Source of the DNA: Deltaproteobacteria bacterium
GTDB lineage: Bacteria; Desulfobacterota; Deferrisomatia; Deferrisomatales; BM512
Reading direction: 5' to 3'
DNA length: 64,000 nt
Assembly (NCBI GenBank): GCA_030591565.1
Contig: JAUVAU010000001.1
Span: forward strand, 30,572-94,571
Shown: one piece after another, positions 31,224 to 39,255 of the stretch
Layout of the letters: each line of letters starts with the position of its first letter
Numbering within the stretch: the first letter of the stretch is position 1
Translations under genes and position numbers: made by a program
The notes under the pieces: model-generated
Seen by the model: only the letters and a program-made list of their open reading frames with translations
Told to the model about the DNA's origin: nothing
Databases searched by the model: none

Positions 31224-31292
31224 CTTGAAAATATAGTTTCTGCCAGCTTCGCGTGGTCCGGTTTACAGGGTTTCAAAACCACCACCGAGACG
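31207..31292 (+). repeat. repeat C, copy 1: duplicate of the promoter and 5' half of the riboswitch candidate at 32428-32518
   Basis: TTGACG (31209-31214), 17 nt, TATAGT (31232-31237). Then TTGAAAATATAGTTTCTGCCAGCTTCG is identical over 27 nt to 32446-32472, with looser similarity to about 31292. The 3' P1 partner GAAGCTGGCA was not seen nearby. Confidence 0.8.
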
Positions 31293-31294
31293 CC

Positions 31295-31696
31295 TTACCC
31301 CCCTACTTCGGCCAGGGGGTCCTCTCCATATTCATTTGGTCCGGTTGTCCCTTTCAGGAAATACAGTTCGATCAGTGGCCACAGATTGACGACGGGCACC
31401 AGGTAGAGCAGCAGGAACGCCCCGGAACGCCCCCGGTCATGGCAGCGCTTGAGGCTCACGGCGAATGATGGGTATAGCATGGCGAGTGAGAACAATATTG
31501 AAACGACGCCGATCGGGGTTCCCTGTTGGGGATCGCCAAGGCGGGCTAAACCGATCGTTATCTCGGTCAGCTGGATAGCGAGCGAAATCATCATGAGCGG
31601 CAGGGTGAATTTAAATAACAAGGTGGAGCGGGAGATTCGTCCCTGTAATGAAAAAAGCAACTCAGCGTAGCCCATACCGTACTCCTTAAATCGCAC
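31295..31696 (-). CDS. DUF805-family inner-membrane protein
   Basis: LQGRISRSTLLFKF..., KRCHDRGRSGAFLLLYLVP, GPNEYGEDP. Start may be the internal MGYAELL. Confidence 0.7.
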   Translation of the reverse strand: MRFKEYGMGYAELLFSLQGRISRSTLLFKFTLPLMMISLAIQLTEITIGLARLGDPQQGTPIGVVSILFSLAMLYPSFAVSLKRCHDRGRSGAFLLLYLVPVVNLWPLIELYFLKGTTGPNEYGEDPLAEVGG

Positions 31697-31810
31697 TGCT
31701 TCGAGGGGGTGAAACGAGACGCTACGACCCGATTACACAATGTGCACCGCTAATGTTACACGTACGGGCGTAGCGCTATTTCTTGAAATGCAGCGGAAAG
31801 CGCTCTCTCG

Positions 31811-32251
31811 CTAGGCGCGCTCACCCATGGCGCGGCCAAAGTCCTGGCAGGCCGTCATGCCTTCGTCGGAGTCCACGACCCGCTCTTCCAGCTTGAAGGG
31901 GCCCAGGTTCTCCATGTTCATCTTGAGGACGTGCTCCATGGTTTCGTGCAAGATGATCGGTGCCTCTCCCGAGTGGGTGTGAGAGCCAAAAGCGCCGCCG
32001 AGTTTTCCTTCAAGTCCCGCTTTTTTTGCCTTGAAGAGGAAGGGCTTGAAGCCCTCGACTATGTCCTTGTGGTAGGTGGGGGAGCCGAAGATGTAGCCAT
32101 CATACCCTTGCAGGTCTTCCGCTGTTTTAATCTTGGGCAGCAGCTTTAGCTCAACTTCAGCGCCGCTGAACCGGAGACCCTCTGCGATGAATTCAGCCAT
32201 ACGCCTGGTTTTACCGCTGAGGCTTATGTAGACGATGAGAAAACGTTTCAT
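31811..32251 (-). CDS. flavodoxin-like protein
   Basis: Start trimmed to ATG 32251 (MKRFLIVYISLSGKTRRMAEFIAEG), preceded by GGAGAGGAG. 146 aa. Also FGSPTYH. Confidence 0.8.
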   Translation of the reverse strand: MKRFLIVYISLSGKTRRMAEFIAEGLRFSGAEVELKLLPKIKTAEDLQGYDGYIFGSPTYHKDIVEGFKPFLFKAKKAGLEGKLGGAFGSHTHSGEAPIILHETMEHVLKMNMENLGPFKLEERVVDSDEGMTACQDFGRAMGERA

Positions 32252-32429
32252 GTGAAGCTCCTCTCCATTATCAAAGGCAAAAAGTTGTTGTGACAATGTG
32301 CAACACCGCCCGGAAAGGCGACCGGTCAATAATTATAACAATTATGGTAACAATACAAAGGAAAAGCTGCCTGTTGCCAAATAAAGAGCAGACAATACAA
32401 TGCACCTCTCCCTTCTCACCTTCCTATGC

Positions 32430-32458
32430 TTGACGAACATTCAATTTGAAAATATAGT
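32430..32458 (+). promoter_or_regulatory. sigma-70-type promoter driving the riboswitch candidate
   Basis: TTGACG (32430-32435), 17 nt, TATAGT (32453-32458). The predicted transcription start falls at the 5' strand of the P1 helix. Confidence 0.6.
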
Positions 32459-32459
32459 T

Positions 32460-32572
32460 TCTGCCAGCTTCGAGTGGCCCGGTCTAACGGTTTGAAAAAA
32501 CCCATGACCACCCACCGATGGGCTCTGGGGGAAACTCTTCGGCCTCCCGTGTTTGGAAAGAAGCTGGCATGA
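32460..32572 (+). ncRNA. Moco/Tuco (molybdenum/tungsten cofactor) riboswitch candidate
   Basis: A 10-bp closing helix: TGCCAGCTTC (32462-32471) pairs with GAAGCTGGCA (32560-32569). Internal hairpins GGTTT-GAAA-AAACC and CCCAT...ATGGG. Blocks CTTCGAG, GCCTCCCG and GGAAAG resemble what I recall as conserved Moco-motif blocks (CUCCGAG, CCUCCC, GGAAAGG). A tungstate/molybdate-type binding protein lies downstream. Confidence 0.55.
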
Positions 32573-32678
32573 CGCAGGAACCCCTGCGCGCCGCAATCGG
32601 CACGAGCTTTTTGCCTGCGATGGCCGTTGCCTTCTTTCCTTGGTGTTATTTATCATTGCCACTGGCAGAGGAGGAACC

Positions 32679-33512
32679 ATGTCGCAGCGTTTTACCGCCA
32701 TCGTGTTTGTAACCCTAGTCCTTTTTTCTTTCCCCACAACCCTTTTCGCTGATCTGTGCTTGAAGATGAGCACCACCACCAGCACCGATAACTCCGGGCT
32801 TCTTTCGGTTTTGCTGCCTCCCTTTGAAGAGGCGAATGGTTGCAAGGTCGGGGTCATTGCGGTGGGCACCGGCAAGGCCCTGAAGCTCGGGGAAAACGGC
32901 GACGTCGATCTGGTCTTCGTCCATTCGCGACCGGCCGAGGACAACTTCGTCGCTGGTGGTTTCGGCGTTTACCGCCAGGATGTGATGCACAACGATTTCG
33001 TGCTGGTCGGTCCCGCCGAGGACCCTGCGGGGTTGGGCGGGGCTGGAGACGCCAACGGGGCGTTTACGCTGCTGGCAAAGGGCGCAGCCCGTTTTGTTTC
33101 ACGCGGGGATGATTCGGGGACAAATAAAAAGGAGCTGGCCCTTTGGAAGGCAGCCGGGGTTGTCTCGGATGGCGAGCGGCCCGACGGCGAGTGGTATGTG
33201 GAGTCGGGCCAGGGTATGGGCCAGGTGCTCGCAATCGCCGACGAGATGCGGGGTTATACCCTTTCCGACCGGGGCACCTTTATCGCCTATGGCGACAAGG
33301 TGGAGCTGTCGGTGGTTTTTGAGGGCGACCCGGCGTTGTTTAATCCCTATGGGATAATTGCGGTGAACCCGGAAAAACATCCCCACGTAAATAACGAGAT
33401 GGCGAAGAGGCTGATCGATTATATAACCGGGCCCCAGGGCCAGAAGCTCATCGGCGAATACAGGGTCAAGGGTAGGTTGCTTTTTTATCCCGATGCGATT
33501 AAGCCCGAATAG
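32679..33512 (+). CDS. tungstate/molybdate-type periplasmic substrate-binding protein (TupA-like, PBP2 fold), no adjacent permease or ATPase
   Basis: Start trimmed to ATG 32679 (GAGGAGG RBS). Signal peptide MSQRFTAIVFVTLVLFSFPTTLFA. Motifs STTTSTDNSGLL, AVGTGKALKLGENGDVDLVFVH, VMHNDFVLVGP. Confidence 0.65.
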   Translation: MSQRFTAIVFVTLVLFSFPTTLFADLCLKMSTTTSTDNSGLLSVLLPPFEEANGCKVGVIAVGTGKALKLGENGDVDLVFVHSRPAEDNFVAGGFGVYRQDVMHNDFVLVGPAEDPAGLGGAGDANGAFTLLAKGAARFVSRGDDSGTNKKELALWKAAGVVSDGERPDGEWYVESGQGMGQVLAIADEMRGYTLSDRGTFIAYGDKVELSVVFEGDPALFNPYGIIAVNPEKHPHVNNEMAKRLIDYITGPQGQKLIGEYRVKGRLLFYPDAIKPE

Positions 33513-33641
33513 CCGTCAGCCTCTTCAGTGCTTTCAATCCGCAACCATTTGCAGCTCCTTGGTGGGTGGCATAGAATGCCCCGATGCGCGCCCCGGTGAA
33601 AGCCCCAACGAATGCTGTAGCGAATACAGGAGCCACCCCCA

Positions 33642-34361
33642 ATGGCTAAGATTCTGGTTGTCGATGATGAGATTGATCTGCTCGAACTGGTTAAGTACAA
33701 TATGGAGGTCGCCGGTTACGAGGTGGACACCGCCGCCACCGGCAATGGCGGGCTTGAAAAGGTGGGCGAGTTCGGGCCGGACCTCGTCGTTCTGGATGTG
33801 ATGCTGCCCGACCTGACCGGGTTTGAAGTGTTGAGAACGCTGCGCCAATCGGCGTTGACCAGGGACATTCCCGTAATAATGCTCACCGCGAGGGGCGAAG
33901 AAGCCGACGTGCTGGGTGGCTTTGAGCTTGGCGCCGACGACTATATGACCAAGCCGTTTAGCCCCCGCGAGCTGGTCGCCAGGGTGCGGGCGGTGCTTGC
34001 ACGGGGGGCGGGCGTGGAGACCAAGCCCAAGACGCTCAACTTCGACGAGCTTGAGATCAATAGGGACTCGCACCAGGTTTTCGTCGATGGCAGGGAGATA
34101 CCCCTGGCCCCGCAAGAATACAAACTGCTGGTGTTTTTGGCGATGCATCCGCGCCAGGCTTTTTCACGCGAGAGCCTCCTGGCCCACGCCTGGGGTCCGG
34201 ACGTATACTTGGAGCTGCGCACCGTGGATGTGCATGTGAGAAGATTGAGAGCCCACCTGAATAAGCAGCCCACAGCGCCGAAATTCATCGAAACGGTGAG
34301 GGGCGCGGGCTATCGCTTCAACCCCAACCCCAACAGTGACCCGGAGTCGGTTAAAAAGTGA
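33642..34361 (+). CDS. phoB: OmpR/PhoB-family response regulator
   Basis: MAKILVVDDE...TRDIPVIMLTARGEEADVLGGFELGADDYMTKPFSPRELVARVRAVLAR is strongly PhoB-like. C-terminal wHTH ends RGAGYRF. Confidence 0.7.
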   Translation: MAKILVVDDEIDLLELVKYNMEVAGYEVDTAATGNGGLEKVGEFGPDLVVLDVMLPDLTGFEVLRTLRQSALTRDIPVIMLTARGEEADVLGGFELGADDYMTKPFSPRELVARVRAVLARGAGVETKPKTLNFDELEINRDSHQVFVDGREIPLAPQEYKLLVFLAMHPRQAFSRESLLAHAWGPDVYLELRTVDVHVRRLRAHLNKQPTAPKFIETVRGAGYRFNPNPNSDPESVKK

Positions 34362-36106
34362 AACGTTCAATCCTTTCACGCCTTCTATGGAGCTTCGCCC
34401 TTGTTTTCGCCGTGATGCTGGCTGCCGCCGGGATATTTCTCGAAAAATTCCTGACTGAACGGCACACGGGGCTTCTGCAAAATGAGCTGGAGGTGATCGC
34501 CACGCTGGCCCACACGGCCATTGGAAATGGGGGGGACGATATTGAAAAAGTCGTTAAAAAGTTCGGGCAGGATTCCGGGCTGCGTCTTACGGTAATTGAT
34601 GGCGCGGGGGTGGTGCTTGCCGACTCGGTGGCGGACTCGGAAAAGATGGACAACCACGCTACCAGGGTGGAGATAGCCGGGGCGATAGGTGGCGCCGTGG
34701 GTGTTTCCCAGCGGAAAAGTTCCACCCTTGGCGTGGAGCTGATGTATCTAGCCATACCCACCGCCCCGGTGGTCAGGGCGGCCAAGCCGATGGATGAGGT
34801 CAACGGGATCATCGCCCAGACCAGGAGCCGCATAGTGCTGGCGGGGCTGCTGGCGTTTATGTTGGCGATACTGCTCTCCTATTTTCTGGCGACGCGCTTT
34901 TCGATCAGGCTGAAAAAGATGGAGGTCTTCGCGGGAAAGCTGGCGAGGGGCTTTTACGATGAGAAGCTTGAGGTCCAGAGCGATGACGAGCTGGGCGGGC
35001 TGGAGAGCAGCCTTGACAAGCTGGGCCGGGAGCTTGGCGACTACGTCATGCAGCTCGATAACGATCGGCAAAAGCTGACAACCATAATGGACGCTTTGCC
35101 CGAAGCCGTGCTTCTCTTCAACTCGTCCAGACGCCTCACGGCAGCCAACGCCACCGCCATCAAGCTCCTGAAGCTTACGGCAAGCGCCATGGAGGGTCTT
35201 TCCATCGAGGAAGTTTTCCGGATTCCGCAGGCGTTGAAGCTACTGGGCGAGGCGCTTGAGGGTGGGAAAGATCGATCAACGCCCAAGCGAATACTCTGGC
35301 CCGAGCCGCTTCTTGATCTTGAGTTGAGCGTGCACGATGTCACCGACACCAGCGGCGACGGTGGTGTCCTGGTCATCCTCAGGGATGTCACCAGGCAGGC
35401 GCACCTGGAACAGGTGAGGACCGACTTCATCACCAACATGGCCCACGAGCTTCGCACGCCGCTGACCGCCATACGGGGCTCGGCCGAGACGCTTTTGGAC
35501 AATGAGGACCACAGCCCCGAGATCGGCAGGCGGTTTCTGGGCACGATTAGCCGCCACTCGCTGCGGCTGGGTAATATCCTCTCCGACATCTCGCAACTGG
35601 CGCATCTCGAAAGCGGGGTCGCGCCGGTTGAGGTTGACGCTCACGACCCCAGGCGCGTGCTTCAAGAAGTTGCCGAGCTGTTTCGGGCCGAGGCGGAGAA
35701 GGCTGAGATCGGGTTGACCGTGGATTTTTCGGGTATCCCGGGCGAGTTGATCTCGGATCAGGAGAAAATCGAGTCGATACTGGTCAATCTTGTGCAAAAC
35801 GCCATCCGCTATACACCAGCCGGGGGCCAGGTGAAGCTCATCGGACGAAATACCCCTGATGGTAACGTGATATATGAAGTGATTGATTCCGGCATCGGTA
35901 TCCCCCCCTCGGAGCTTCCCAGGGTCACCGAGCGTTTCTACCGGGTGGACCCGGGCCGCTCGCGCGAAAAGGGTGGCACCGGGCTTGGCCTCTCCATCGT
36001 CAAGCATCTGATCTCGGTACTTGACGGGGAACTTGAGATCGAGAGCGAGCATGGCCACGGCACCACCGTCCGGGTCAAATTACCCTCCCTAAACACAGAT
36101 CGCTGA
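34358..36106 (+). CDS. phoR: PhoR-like sensor histidine kinase
   Basis: 582 aa. TM, periplasmic segment, HAMP and PAS. H-box NMAHELRTPLTAIRGSAE. Also RFYRVDPGRSREKGGTGLGLSIVKH. 4-nt overlap with phoB. Confidence 0.65.
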   Translation: MKRSILSRLLWSFALVFAVMLAAAGIFLEKFLTERHTGLLQNELEVIATLAHTAIGNGGDDIEKVVKKFGQDSGLRLTVIDGAGVVLADSVADSEKMDNHATRVEIAGAIGGAVGVSQRKSSTLGVELMYLAIPTAPVVRAAKPMDEVNGIIAQTRSRIVLAGLLAFMLAILLSYFLATRFSIRLKKMEVFAGKLARGFYDEKLEVQSDDELGGLESSLDKLGRELGDYVMQLDNDRQKLTTIMDALPEAVLLFNSSRRLTAANATAIKLLKLTASAMEGLSIEEVFRIPQALKLLGEALEGGKDRSTPKRILWPEPLLDLELSVHDVTDTSGDGGVLVILRDVTRQAHLEQVRTDFITNMAHELRTPLTAIRGSAETLLDNEDHSPEIGRRFLGTISRHSLRLGNILSDISQLAHLESGVAPVEVDAHDPRRVLQEVAELFRAEAEKAEIGLTVDFSGIPGELISDQEKIESILVNLVQNAIRYTPAGGQVKLIGRNTPDGNVIYEVIDSGIGIPPSELPRVTERFYRVDPGRSREKGGTGLGLSIVKHLISVLDGELEIESEHGHGTTVRVKLPSLNTDR

Positions 36107-36107
36107 A

Positions 36108-36360
36108 AAACTCCGCCCTTTATCCGATTGACGTCGTCGGCCTTATTGACTCGGCTCCCTCTCTGGGGCCTCGCCTTTTAGTATTTTGCCCTTGACCCAC
36201 GCTTTTGAAGTTCAACTCCCCGTCCAAGCGGTTGAAGCGAGTGGCGAAGGATAAGAACCTTACGCGGAAGCGAGGGGTATTTCGAGCGGCTTCGTAAGGT
36301 TCCCGTAGTCGTGAGCGGTCCGCGTAGCGGAGCAGAGCTTGTGGGGCGTCCGGGGATTAA
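36108..36360 (+). repeat. intergenic repeat family B, copy B5 (rearranged variant)
   Basis: The left end AACTCCGCCCTTTATCCGATTGACGTCGTCGG and the GACTCGGCTCCCTCTCTGGGGCCTCGCC module match other copies. The CTCGAAATAC module is present in inverted orientation inside a 10-bp inverted repeat (GAACCTTACG...CGTAAGGTTC). Confidence 0.7.
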
Positions 36361-36432
36361 AGGGGATGGGACGAGCCATCCCCTTTACCGCTCCAGCCCT
36401 CGAAGAGGGAGAGCGGAACGCCTTTAAATACC

Positions 36433-36459
36433 AATAAAAAAGGCCTTCGCAAGAAGGCC
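36433..36459 (-). terminator. orphan intrinsic terminator on the minus strand
   Basis: Minus strand reads GGCCTTC-TTGC-GAAGGCC followed by TTTTTTATT. No convincing ORF lies upstream on that strand. Confidence 0.55.
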
Positions 36460-36705
36460 CACCAAATCAAAAAAACCGCGTGCCAAGCTGCGCGACTCAG
36501 CGCCCCCCCCTCCTTGCCTAAACCGTAATCAATCCTCCGCAGCACTTTATTTCACTGCAAAAAATATCAAGCCCACGCCTATTCTCTATGCAAGTAGTGG
36601 GAAATACGATCCCTGTAAGCCATTTGTAACCACACCGGGGGTAGGCTTCAATTAGGCGCTTGCGCCTTAATTCACACATCCCCCAAATTGGAAGGAGGCC
36701 CAACC

Positions 36706-36960
36706 ATGAAGCGCAGAATTGTTGACCTATCCTATCTGCTGTTTGTCGGTGCACTACTCGCCGGTGCGGGACTCTTCGTGTTTGCGATCCCCGGAGTGGC
36801 GAAGATTTTGGGCATGATTGTGGTATTTTTCACAGCCGTGGCGGCCCTCTTTGCCGGATTGCTGGCGGTGATTGAGTTCACCTTTGACGCCCGCGCCGGA
36901 GCCGCGCAGAGAAAACAGACGGGCAGCATCCGTCTGGCAAAGACGTTCGGCAGGGGCTGA
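36706..36960 (+). CDS. small membrane protein (two predicted TM helices)
   Basis: ATG 36706 preceded by GGAAGGAGG. MKRRIVDLSYLLFVGALLAGAGLFVFAIPGVAKILGMIVVFFTAVAALFAGLLAVIEF. Confidence 0.55.
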   Translation: MKRRIVDLSYLLFVGALLAGAGLFVFAIPGVAKILGMIVVFFTAVAALFAGLLAVIEFTFDARAGAAQRKQTGSIRLAKTFGRG

Positions 36961-37162
36961 TTCGACCCGCTTGAAAGCGCCTCGCCCTGGGGCGTGGTTT
37001 TGATGCCCGGGGTGTGGTTTCGATGAAAGACTGTAAGCAGAAGGCTGCTGTGTGGGTGTTTGCGGTTTAGGCCGCGCACCCTACCCTGGTGGCGCGAGAG
37101 GCGTAGAGGCCAGGGCGAAAGCGGTTTTGCGTGGGATGGCAAGAGGTGTGACAGCGTGCTTT

Positions 37163-39172
37163 TCAGCTATCCTGCCTGGCCTCCTCGATGATTGAGACCG
37201 TAAGTCTGGAAGGCTTCTCCCCCAAAAGCTCCATGGATTTTTTGCATCTTTCAAAGGTACGCAGCGCCTGGCTCCGGTTGCCGCGCCGCAGCTGGCAGTT
37301 TATCAATTTGCGAAAGTGAAGCTCGCAGGAGGAGTCCGCGAGCGCCGCCTTTTCATAAAGCTGCTCCGCCTCGTTCCACCGCTCCATTTTTTCCAGAAAA
37401 TCTCCCGCTATTCTGACGCCCTTTTCAAGCCTGGAAAGCAAGCGTTGCTCGAAGGTGGTTGAGGGCGATTCGCTTTGGTGGCGTCCCATGAAGGGGCCAT
37501 TGAAGTGGTCTATCGCTTCCAGCGCCTTCTGGGCCGCCGCTGAGCTTGTCTGCGCCTTTTCCGCTTCGCCTATTAGCCGCAAAAAGGCCCAGGTATCCAG
37601 CCAGACCTTCCGGTGGTTCAGGCTCACCAACCCGTTCTCCACCAGTATCGCCTCTTTGGTGCCCAGTAGTTTTCTAAGACGGTGGAGGGTAACCGAAAGG
37701 GATTGCTGCGCGCAGTCGCCATCGGCATCGGGCCATAGCTCAAGGGCCAGGGAGATGCCATCCACCTTGCGCGCCCCCGCCTCGATAAGCGCCCCCAAAA
37801 GCTCAAGCGGCCTTTTTTGCGCCTTGTTGGTGAACCTGATCGGATCATCCCCCCTTACGATCTCCAGCCTTCCAAGGGTGTAGATGCGTACCTGCCAGGG
37901 CCAGTTCTCCATCGTCACAGGCGGCGCCTTGGGTTCCAGCTTGCGCTGCTTGACGAGATCGAGGACGGTCTGGGTCTCTATCCCAAAGGTTAGCGCCTGT
38001 AGGCAAAGGGAGGCCATAACCGAGCTGCGCCAGAGGGGCGAGCCCGCAATCCCACGCTGCCGGGAAAAGCTAAAAAGCTCTTTCAATGATTCTTTAAGTC
38101 CCGGCTCGATGCCCCCCTTTTTCACCGCTGCAAAGGCGGCGGCCGTCTGGCACATGAAGGTATAGATATTGGGCTGGACGTAGTCGGCCCTCTCGCGCAC
38201 CTCCCGTATAAGGGTCTCGGCGCTTCTATAGTCCCCCAGCTCTATCAGTACGTGGGCTTTTAGCAGGCTGGCGGTCGCGATGCGGTCGAACCCCCCTGTC
38301 TTCTGGCCGCTGTCGATGGCTGATTGGGCATGGGTTTGTGCAAGCTGGAGTTGGCGGTTTCCAAGGGCTTGGAGTCCTTTGAGGAACTGGAGTCGGGAAA
38401 AATTCCCGGGCAGGTGAGCCTGTGGCGACTCTTCCAGCCGGGCGATCTGAGTTTTTGCGCTCTTAAGGTCATTTTCCGCCAAGGCGGTGCAGGCCAGCTG
38501 GACCCGGAAAGGGAACTCAAGCCGAGCCGCCCCGACCGCCCCGGTCGCTGTCAGCAGTGCGAGTCCCTCGGCGCCTTTGGTTTTGCAAGCCTCCACCTCG
38601 CCGGTGAAGTTGTAGAGGGTGGCCTGGGCCAGCAGGGAGAGCAGCACGACGCGCCCGGAAGCCTCTTTTGTCGATGAAAGGGCTTTGAGGGAGTCAGCGG
38701 CCACCGTCGCCTTGGCGGGCTGGGCTATCGCCAGACAATAATTCACTTCGCTGCACAGCGTCAGGGCAGCCAGCTCCATGTCGCCCCACTTTTCAAAACC
38801 ACTGAGTGCAGTATCGCGCCATTTTTCAATGTCGGGATGAAAGGGGCTGCAATGGGTCAGCATGCAAAAAGCGCGAGCCACGATGGGAAAATCGTTCTTG
38901 AAAGGGGTTTCTTCCAGCGCTTCGAGAAGCTCTTTTAGCTTTCTCTGTGTCTGGTTAACGTCAACCCAGAGAGTCGGTGAAGCCCCCATATTGGCAGCAC
39001 CCTCCACCCACCAGCAGCAGCACGCCGCCAGCTGCTCGTCGAGCATCCGGCAGAGCTTCGAGCGCTCCAGTGTCCGGGCAACCGCCGGTCTCGTTGTCTT
39101 GGCTGGTTTCGTCAAAATAAAGTCACCCCGGTTAAACAAATATGGTGCGTAAAGGAGCAAAAAGCCTTGCAT
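37163..39172 (-). CDS. transcriptional regulator with N-terminal TPR/MalT-like helical repeats and C-terminal OmpR-type wHTH plus BTAD (SARP-like) module
   Basis: 669 aa. C-terminal VRIYTLGRLEIVRGDDPIRFTNKAQKRPLELLGALIEAG...SVTLHRLRKLLG is a wHTH. It is followed by VWLDTWAFLRLIGEAE...ELHFRKLINCQLRRGNRSQALRTFERCKKSM, which is BTAD-like. Confidence 0.6.
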   Translation of the reverse strand: MQGFLLLYAPYLFNRGDFILTKPAKTTRPAVARTLERSKLCRMLDEQLAACCCWWVEGAANMGASPTLWVDVNQTQRKLKELLEALEETPFKNDFPIVARAFCMLTHCSPFHPDIEKWRDTALSGFEKWGDMELAALTLCSEVNYCLAIAQPAKATVAADSLKALSSTKEASGRVVLLSLLAQATLYNFTGEVEACKTKGAEGLALLTATGAVGAARLEFPFRVQLACTALAENDLKSAKTQIARLEESPQAHLPGNFSRLQFLKGLQALGNRQLQLAQTHAQSAIDSGQKTGGFDRIATASLLKAHVLIELGDYRSAETLIREVRERADYVQPNIYTFMCQTAAAFAAVKKGGIEPGLKESLKELFSFSRQRGIAGSPLWRSSVMASLCLQALTFGIETQTVLDLVKQRKLEPKAPPVTMENWPWQVRIYTLGRLEIVRGDDPIRFTNKAQKRPLELLGALIEAGARKVDGISLALELWPDADGDCAQQSLSVTLHRLRKLLGTKEAILVENGLVSLNHRKVWLDTWAFLRLIGEAEKAQTSSAAAQKALEAIDHFNGPFMGRHQSESPSTTFEQRLLSRLEKGVRIAGDFLEKMERWNEAEQLYEKAALADSSCELHFRKLINCQLRRGNRSQALRTFERCKKSMELLGEKPSRLTVSIIEEARQDS

Positions 39173-39221
39173 GACAAGACCATATACTTAACTCGTTAGC
39201 GCCGAATGGCGAGGTTTACAA

Positions 39222-39248
39222 GGGGTGGAATAAATTTTATTCCACCCC
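39222..39248. other. perfect 13-bp-arm hairpin between the exonuclease-sensor gene and the BTAD regulator gene
   Basis: GGGGTGGAATAAA-T-TTTATTCCACCCC. Possible terminator or attenuator, but there is no clear U-tract on the minus strand. Confidence 0.45.
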
Positions 39249-39255
39249 GCGGGGG

